Shown here: piece by piece, positions 57,428 through 64,000 of the stretch
Layout: each line of letters starts with the position of its first letter
Numbering within the stretch: position 1 is the stretch's first letter
Origin: Candidatus Obscuribacteraceae bacterium
GTDB lineage: Bacteria; Cyanobacteriota; Vampirovibrionia; Obscuribacterales; Obscuribacteraceae
Direction of reading: 5' to 3'
Length of the DNA: 64,000 bases
Assembly (NCBI GenBank): GCA_044226015.1
Contig: JBGAHS010000004.1
Coordinates: 512,001-576,000, forward strand
The notes under the pieces: generated by a model
What the model saw: the letters and a program-made list of their open reading frames with translations, nothing else
Told to the model about the DNA's origin: nothing
Databases searched by the model: none
Translations under genes and position numbers: made by a program

Positions 57428-58822
57428 ATGCTTAGTATCAAACGGACAGAACAACCTGCAGCTCTCGCTAGCCCGAAATTGATTTCTGGCTGGGGTCGTT
57501 ACCCTCTGATTTCTGCTCAGGTTTATAACCCTGATACCATGCGACTTCTTAATGCCTGCCTCACTGAGTGCAGCGAATTGGACATGCCTGTGATAGCTCG
57601 TGGTATGGGGCGAAGCTACGGTGACCCGGCAGTGGCTGCGGATGCGCGTGTAGTTCAGACTCTTGGACTGAATAGGATGCTTGAGTTTGACGAAAGTTCT
57701 GGACGCTTGCGATGCGAACCTGGTGTTAGCTTTGAGGACATCATCAATACGTTTTTGCCTCGTGGATGGTTTCCGCCGGTTACGCCGGGCACAAAATATG
57801 TCACCATGGGCGGTGCTCTGGCATCAGACATTCATGGAAAGAACCATCATAAAGATGGTTCTTTTGCAAACTTTGTAAACTCATTTCTCTTGGTGACAGC
57901 TGACAACACTACGCTGCGATGTTCTCGCGAAGAGAATTCTGACTTGTTTTGGGCCACAGCTGGTGGCATGGGGCTAACTGGATTTATCAAAGAAATCGAG
58001 CTGGATCTCAAATCGGTTGAAACACCGTACCTGCACGTCAAGAAAATTCGCTGTTCGAATTTGGATGAGACCTGTAGGTTAATTGAAGAAAGCGAAAAGG
58101 AATACGAATACAGTGTCTGCTGGATTGATTGTTTGGCTTCTGCTGCCAATTTGGGGCGCAGTATTCTCATTTTAGGTAGGCATGCATCAAAAAATGATTT
58201 GTCCGACGAATTGAAAAATGCTGAACTTGTGCCTGTCAAAAAAGGAATAACTGTACCCCTCGATATGCCTTCCTGGCTTCTAAATCGGTTTTCGATAGGA
58301 GCTTTCAACGAGGTCTACTACCATTTCTCATCAGCTTCAGCGAAGGAACATATCGAACATTACAATCCATTTTTTTATCCGCTGGATTTTTTGAGCGATT
58401 GGAACCGCATGTATGGCAAAGATGGTTTTATTCAATACCAATGTGTGTTTCCTCTTAAGCAGAGTCGTGTCGGACTAGAGGAGGTTTTGGACCTATCTGC
58501 AAGGCGTGGGCGCAGCTCGTTTCTTGCTGTGCTGAAGAAGTTCGGAAAAGGAAATCGTTTTCTTTCGTTTCCTACGCCTGGTTATACGCTGACCCTAGAC
58601 ATACCTGTAAAAGCAGGGCTGATTGAGTTCACGAAAGAGCTTGATGCAATCGTGCTGAAGTATGGCGGTCGCGTGTATCTTGCGAAAGATGCTTGCCTCG
58701 ACGCTGATGCGTTTCGCAAAATGTACCCTGAATTTCCTGCATGGCAGGAAATCAAAAGGTCTGTTGATCCTTCCAATCATTTTCGCTCATCGCTCTCGGA
58801 ACGATTGAAGCTTCAGGCTTGA
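57428..58822 (+). CDS. FAD-linked oxidase, DprE1-like
   Basis: ARGMGRSYGD, PVTPGTKYVTMGG, DIHGKNHH, FFYPLD, GFIQYQ, GGRVYLAKD. Confidence 0.88.
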   Translation: MLSIKRTEQPAALASPKLISGWGRYPLISAQVYNPDTMRLLNACLTECSELDMPVIARGMGRSYGDPAVAADARVVQTLGLNRMLEFDESSGRLRCEPGVSFEDIINTFLPRGWFPPVTPGTKYVTMGGALASDIHGKNHHKDGSFANFVNSFLLVTADNTTLRCSREENSDLFWATAGGMGLTGFIKEIELDLKSVETPYLHVKKIRCSNLDETCRLIEESEKEYEYSVCWIDCLASAANLGRSILILGRHASKNDLSDELKNAELVPVKKGITVPLDMPSWLLNRFSIGAFNEVYYHFSSASAKEHIEHYNPFFYPLDFLSDWNRMYGKDGFIQYQCVFPLKQSRVGLEEVLDLSARRGRSSFLAVLKKFGKGNRFLSFPTPGYTLTLDIPVKAGLIEFTKELDAIVLKYGGRVYLAKDACLDADAFRKMYPEFPAWQEIKRSVDPSNHFRSSLSERLKLQA

Positions 58823-58942
58823 ATCACTGGTTAGGGAGTTCGAAATTGATCCGTTCATCAAGGAAATGATGCCAAAATTATTTCCGTGAAAGTCAGGCGT
58901 CGGCTATACTCCCATAAACCTAAAGAGTAAAGTAGATCATTC

Positions 58943-60283
58943 ATGCTGAGCAAAATTGCAACCATTTTCAAGCCTGCTGCTTTCATAGAACCGATTCCAG
59001 CTGAGCAGATTCCTGCAGAGTACAAAAAATATCGTATTCAAGTTCTTGCTAGCATCTTTGTAGGTTACGCTTCTTACTATCTGGTTCGCTCAAACATCAA
59101 TGTAGCAAAACCCTACCTGATACACGACCTCGGTTTGAGCAAGACTGATGTCGGTATGCTCGCTTCTGCACTAACCATTGCCTATGGAATCAGCAAGTTC
59201 ATCATGGGCAATGTATCTGATCGTTCTAATCCCCGGTACTTTCTTGCGACTGGGCTGATTTTATCTGGCATGACTAATCTTGTCTTTGGTTTTTTGCCAA
59301 GCCTGACTTTGATGATCGTGTTCTGGTTTTTGAATGGCTGGTTTCAAGGCATGGGATGGCCGCCCTGTGGCAGAACAATGGTGCACTGGTTTTCTGATGG
59401 TGAGCGCGGCACAAAGATGGCAATTTGGAACGTTGCTCACAATGTTGGGGGCATGCTGGCACCACTTATTGCAAGTTATGCTATTGTCGTGCCACTACTG
59501 GGAGGCTCATGGAAAGCAGCCTTCTATGTTCCAGCGATTTTATCAATCATCACAGGTGTTCTGGTTGTTATTTTCATGAGGGACACGCCGCAATCGGTTG
59601 GTTTGCCACCCATTGAAGCTCACATGAACGACTACCCTGCCACCGCCCTTGATGACCCCGAGCGTGAACTTTCTGGGTCAGAAATCATGATGAAACACGT
59701 ATTCAACAACAAGTATCTCTGGTTGTTCTCTGCTGCCAATGTTCTTGTTTATATTGTTCGCTATGGTGTTGTGAATTGGGCTCCAACCTATCTAACTGAA
59801 GTGAAAGGTTACTCGATTACTCACTCTGCATGGCAGTCTTCGCTCTATGAGATGGCGGGAATTCCAGGCATGCTCTTCTCGGGCTGGGCCAGTGATAGAT
59901 TCTTTCATGGGCGCCGCTCGCCTGTAATGGTCTTCTTCATGTTACTGGTTACAGCTGCTGTTCTTCTCTATTGGTTTAACCCTGCAGGAAATCAGCTTGT
60001 TGATTCCATAGCTTTAATAGCCATTGGATTTTTGATTTATGGTCCAGTCATGCTCATCGGTATTGCTGCTGTGGATCTTGTGCCAAAGAAAGCGGCTGGA
60101 ACAGCCGCAGGCTTGACTGGCTTGTTTGGCTATCTGGGCGCTACAGCAGCTGAAATTGGCATTGGCTCAATCGTGCAGAATTATGGTTGGAACATGGGTT
60201 TCAGCGTCATCATTGGAGCTGCGCTCTTATCGATTGTTTTACTCTTGTTCACGTGGAATGTTCATGACCGCCGTAAGCACTGA
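58943..60283 (+). CDS. glpT: Glycerol-3-phosphate:Pi antiporter (MFS, OPA family)
   Basis: GYASYYLVR, SKFIMGNVSDRSNPR, QGMGWPPCGRTMVHWFS, WNVAHNVGG, RDTPQSVGLP, PKKAAGTAAG. Confidence 0.92.
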   Translation: MLSKIATIFKPAAFIEPIPAEQIPAEYKKYRIQVLASIFVGYASYYLVRSNINVAKPYLIHDLGLSKTDVGMLASALTIAYGISKFIMGNVSDRSNPRYFLATGLILSGMTNLVFGFLPSLTLMIVFWFLNGWFQGMGWPPCGRTMVHWFSDGERGTKMAIWNVAHNVGGMLAPLIASYAIVVPLLGGSWKAAFYVPAILSIITGVLVVIFMRDTPQSVGLPPIEAHMNDYPATALDDPERELSGSEIMMKHVFNNKYLWLFSAANVLVYIVRYGVVNWAPTYLTEVKGYSITHSAWQSSLYEMAGIPGMLFSGWASDRFFHGRRSPVMVFFMLLVTAAVLLYWFNPAGNQLVDSIALIAIGFLIYGPVMLIGIAAVDLVPKKAAGTAAGLTGLFGYLGATAAEIGIGSIVQNYGWNMGFSVIIGAALLSIVLLLFTWNVHDRRKH

Positions 60284-60288
60284 TTGTC

Positions 60289-60331
60289 AAAAACAAAGGA
60301 GCACTGCCAGTGGTGGCAATGCTCTCGTTTG
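60289..60331. terminator. Probable bidirectional terminator between convergent genes
   Basis: gagcactgcca / tggcaatgctc stem flanked by aaaacaaa and gttt. Confidence 0.65.
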
Positions 60332-60351
60332 ATTCTAGTTTGCTGTTCCTG

Positions 60352-61431
60352 TTAATCGTCGCGCTCTGAACGATCCTTGGGTTCAGCTGCGATGCGATCC
60401 GAAGGTACTGTGTCAGATGGCGAAGCTTGCGCCTGGATAAGAGGTGTCTTTTGTGTCGCGTGATTGTTCAACCAGCTAACAATTGTTTCCATGGTATCTG
60501 GCATGATGTGCGCAGTTTCAATCAGAATATGACCGCGCTCTTCAAACCAACGAACTTCCTGATCTTGGGTTTTCAGGTTTTTAAGCAAGAGTTGTACCGC
60601 ATCAGCGCGTACGCAGCGGTCATCTTTCGCTTGAAGCACAAGAACTGGCTGTTTCGAGCTGATTTTTGGAACGTACGCAAGTGTTCTGTTGATACAAGAG
60701 CGACTTGCATAGAGATCTTTAGCACACATTTTGCGGCGCAAGAGTGGGTCTTCGCTCAATTCGCGAACGATTTGAGGATCTTCACTTGCATACCGTTTCA
60801 CATAAGGCATCAAATTGAGCTGGCGCTTGTAATTGGCAACGATTAGAGGCAAATTTTTCATCGAATTCTTATCGAAGAAATTGTGTGCTCTAATTGCAGG
60901 CGCGGAAAGAACCAGTCCACTAGCAAGCTCAGGCTTCTGGCTGGCTATGCGAATTGCCATAGCAGCTCCCATGCTTTCGCCGACGATATATAAAGGAAGT
61001 CCATCATTAATGGATTTCAACTGTTCGGCGAGTCTGGTCAAGTCGGCTTGAGACTTGTCGTAATTTATTTTCTGTTTGCAGTCCTTGGACGAGCAGAATT
61101 CATGTGGATACTCTTTGGTCAGGCGACCGTATCCGCGCATGTCTGTTGCGTACACGAGGAAACCTTGCTCTGCCAGCGTTTTGCCCAGTTCATCATAGGT
61201 TTGTCCATGCATGACAAGCCCGTGGATCGCAAGAATCACACCTTTGGGCTTGCCTTGCGGCGCCCAGTGATAAATTGGCATGTTCAGCTGGTACTCAAGA
61301 TCTATATGATGTTGGCATTCCAACGCCTGATCTTCAGCAGCCAGAGCTGGCATTACACTCATTGTTGTTGTCAAAGTGGTCAATGCAAGAGCGCACCGCA
61401 ACGCCATGCGGCGGAACTCCGATATGGTCAT
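60352..61431 (-). CDS. Exported alpha/beta hydrolase (lysophospholipase/monoacylglycerol lipase-like)
   Basis: IHGL, DMRGYG, GESMG nucleophile elbow, DRCV, GH; signal peptide; start ATG 61431. Confidence 0.88.
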   Translation of the reverse strand: MTISEFRRMALRCALALTTLTTTMSVMPALAAEDQALECQHHIDLEYQLNMPIYHWAPQGKPKGVILAIHGLVMHGQTYDELGKTLAEQGFLVYATDMRGYGRLTKEYPHEFCSSKDCKQKINYDKSQADLTRLAEQLKSINDGLPLYIVGESMGAAMAIRIASQKPELASGLVLSAPAIRAHNFFDKNSMKNLPLIVANYKRQLNLMPYVKRYASEDPQIVRELSEDPLLRRKMCAKDLYASRSCINRTLAYVPKISSKQPVLVLQAKDDRCVRADAVQLLLKNLKTQDQEVRWFEERGHILIETAHIMPDTMETIVSWLNNHATQKTPLIQAQASPSDTVPSDRIAAEPKDRSERDD

Positions 61432-61696
61432 AAGCTGGCCCCCTTTTGAGCTTATGCGGAGGGTGGTGACTTTGAGCCTGATGCGCTCAATCCATCCATA
61501 CTTGACTCTTACCAACCTAATGGTAGGTTCTAAACATCAATTCTTAAAATCGTCGAAGTCTTCTGCGGATAAAAATCGTACTTTTTTGTAGAGAGATTCT
61601 TCGTAAACGTTCATTCTGAGCGGGAAATAAGGGAGATACCGTGTAAACTATGGGGGATTTAGCGGGTGGGTTAAATTCCCGAGAAGAGAAACATAT

Positions 61697-64000
61697 ATGT
61701 CTAAGACTTCCGACATTAAGAAGATCATGGTTCTTGGCGCCGGCCCAATTACTATCGGTCAGGCTTGCGAGTTCGATTACTCCGGTACTCAAGCCTGTAA
61801 GGCCTTGAAGGATTTGGGCTATGAGGTCGTGTTGATTAACTCCAACCCGGCGACAATAATGACCGACCCTCAGGTCGCTGACAGGACTTATCTAGAGCCA
61901 GTGACTGCGGAGTTTGCTCGTGAAGTTATTATCAAAGAGCGTCCAGATGCCATATTGCCCACAATGGGCGGACAGACAGCACTCAATGTAGCTGTTGAAT
62001 TGGCGGAGAAAGGCATACTCGCTGAGCACAATGTCGAATTGATTGGAGCCAAGCTCGAAGCCATCAAGGTTGCCGAAGACAGAGATCTCTTTAAGCAATT
62101 GATGATAAGTATCGGGTTGAAAGTGCCAAAATCAGGAATTGCAAGAAAGCTTACTGATGTGCGTGAAATTGCTGAGGAAATCGGCTTTCCAATTATTATT
62201 CGTCCGGCGTTCACATTGGGTGGCACCGGTGGTGGTATCGCATATAACCAGGAAGAGTTGGAACCACTGGCCATGGAAGGTCTCAATGCTAGCCCTGTTC
62301 ACGAAATTCTGCTCGAGCAAAGCGTGCTTGGTTGGAAGGAAATCGAACTTGAAGTAATGCGAGACTGCAAAGACAATGTGGTCATCATTTGCTCTATCGA
62401 GAATTTTGACCCGATGGGTATTCACACTGGCGACTCCATTACGGTTGCTCCACTGCAAACTTTAACTGACCGCGAGTATCAGGCATTGCGTGATGCAGCC
62501 ATCAAGGTAATTAGAGCTGTGGGCGTAGATACCGGCGGCTCAAACATTCAGTTTGCCATCAGTCCTTATGATGGAGAAATTAGTGTAATTGAAATGAATC
62601 CGCGCGTATCGCGTTCATCAGCTCTAGCCAGCAAAGCAACGGGCTATCCGATTGCTAAAATCGCCGCAAAGCTCGCTGTTGGATTGACTCTCGATGAAAT
62701 TCCAAATGATATTACAAAGACCACTCCAGCATCATTTGAGCCTGTCATCGATTACGTCGTAACCAAGATTCCTCGGTTCAATTTTGAAAAATTCCGTGGT
62801 TCCGATAACACTTTGACCACACAGATGAAGTCTGTTGGGGAAGTAATGGCTATCGGTCGTTCGTTCCAAGAGTCTGTGCAGAAAGCTCTGCGCGGACTTG
62901 AATTGGGGCTCTATGGTTTTAACCCGGTAGTCTCTCGTCGCAAAGCGGACCATCAGGAATGGCGCCGCAGATTAGCGGTTCCGAGCAATCATCGCATCAC
63001 AGATATTTTTGGTGCCCTCGATGCTGGCGTATTGATTGAAGAGGTTCATGAACTCTCTCAGATTGACCCGTGGTTCCTCGATAATTTGCTTGAATTGTGG
63101 CAAGAAAGCAAAGCTCTGTCCTCTGCTGTGCACAGTTTGAAAGAACTTGATCTCCCATACTTGAAGCGTTTAAAGCGCATGGGCTTTAGCGATTTGCAAA
63201 TAAGCAAATTGATTTCACAGAGTAGTTCTGTTGTTAGCGAAGAAGATGTTTTTGAATACCGTAAGGCTCAAAATCTCTTCCCTGCATACAAGACGGTGGA
63301 TACATGCTCGGCCGAGTTCCAGGCTTACACTCCTTATATGTATTCCACTTATGAGGATGAGTCTGAGCTGCCACCACCTACAGGCAACAGGAAGATAATG
63401 ATTCTTGGCGGTGGTCCTAATCGCATTGGTCAGGGTATTGAGTTTGATTACTGTTGTGTTCAGGCAGCCATGGCAATTCGCTCGCTCTCTTGCGATGCAA
63501 TAATGGTCAATTCAAATCCTGAAACTGTATCTACCGATTACGATGTTTCAAACCGTCTCTATTTCGAACCGCTGACCCTTGAAGATGTCTCTAACATCGC
63601 AGAGTTTGAAAAGCCCGATGGAGTCATTGTGCAACTTGGTGGGCAGACCCCGCTCAAGTTAGCTCAGGGGCTCGAGGCTCGCGGCATCAAAGTTCTAGGA
63701 ACTTCGCCTGACTCAATCGACCTGGCAGAAGATCGAGCTCGCTTTGGCAAGGTGCTGGCAAAGCTTGGCTTGCGTCCACCTAAGGGAGGCACCGCAACCG
63801 AAATCAAAGAAGCAATTCAAATCGCTGATTCCATCGGCTATCCAGTTCTTGTGCGCCCAAGTTATGTTCTTGGTGGACGTGCTATGCGAATCATCTTCAA
63901 TCAAGAAGAATTGGAGCAATGGCTCGCTACAGGATTGCAGGTTCAGCCTGACCACCCTGTTTTGATTGATGAGTTTTTGGAAAACGCTGTAGAAGTGGAT
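61697..64000 (+). CDS. carB: Carbamoyl-phosphate synthase large subunit, 3'-truncated by window (absent from the ORF track)
   Basis: Own translation: [37 protein letters not shown]..., [41 protein letters not shown]. Confidence 0.97.
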   Translation, partial: MSKTSDIKKIMVLGAGPITIGQACEFDYSGTQACKALKDLGYEVVLINSNPATIMTDPQVADRTYLEPVTAEFAREVIIKERPDAILPTMGGQTALNVAVELAEKGILAEHNVELIGAKLEAIKVAEDRDLFKQLMISIGLKVPKSGIARKLTDVREIAEEIGFPIIIRPAFTLGGTGGGIAYNQEELEPLAMEGLNASPVHEILLEQSVLGWKEIELEVMRDCKDNVVIICSIENFDPMGIHTGDSITVAPLQTLTDREYQALRDAAIKVIRAVGVDTGGSNIQFAISPYDGEISVIEMNPRVSRSSALASKATGYPIAKIAAKLAVGLTLDEIPNDITKTTPASFEPVIDYVVTKIPRFNFEKFRGSDNTLTTQMKSVGEVMAIGRSFQESVQKALRGLELGLYGFNPVVSRRKADHQEWRRRLAVPSNHRITDIFGALDAGVLIEEVHELSQIDPWFLDNLLELWQESKALSSAVHSLKELDLPYLKRLKRMGFSDLQISKLISQSSSVVSEEDVFEYRKAQNLFPAYKTVDTCSAEFQAYTPYMYSTYEDESELPPPTGNRKIMILGGGPNRIGQGIEFDYCCVQAAMAIRSLSCDAIMVNSNPETVSTDYDVSNRLYFEPLTLEDVSNIAEFEKPDGVIVQLGGQTPLKLAQGLEARGIKVLGTSPDSIDLAEDRARFGKVLAKLGLRPPKGGTATEIKEAIQIADSIGYPVLVRPSYVLGGRAMRIIFNQEELEQWLATGLQVQPDHPVLIDEFLENAVEVD

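Noticed and set aside
61888..63965. Short ORFs listed near the window end
   Set aside because: All overlap carB, which runs off the window and was missed by the ORF track

Overview
64 kb bacterial chromosomal window. Gene style suggests Vampirovibrionia/Obscuribacterales (inference, not a database result). Housekeeping and metabolic genes: an aminotransferase-aldehyde dehydrogenase-acyl-CoA dehydrogenase operon, dxr-upp, mutS2, glpT, partial carB, an RND pump with TetR, GH144 and GH39 glycosidases, a GT2 plus membrane-protein pair and a DprE1-like oxidase. These alternate with genes I cannot assign to known families. Main points of interest: (1) a ~3,650-aa secreted protein of alternating beta-strand and PGRS-like Gly-rich modules whose C-terminal domain is shared with a nearby 414-aa exported protein, a possible undescribed surface or sorting module; (2) a ~190-nt structured RNA behind a near-consensus sigma70 promoter (6S-like or new); (3) two giant helical-repeat proteins with hydrophobic Gly/Ala-rich C-termini, preceded by a structured leader and followed by a non-coding repeat array; (4) tandem Ser/Thr kinases with atypical catalytic loops; (5) two genes broken by in-frame stops explainable by G-to-T changes. 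No CRISPR array, tRNA, rRNA or transposase was recognised.
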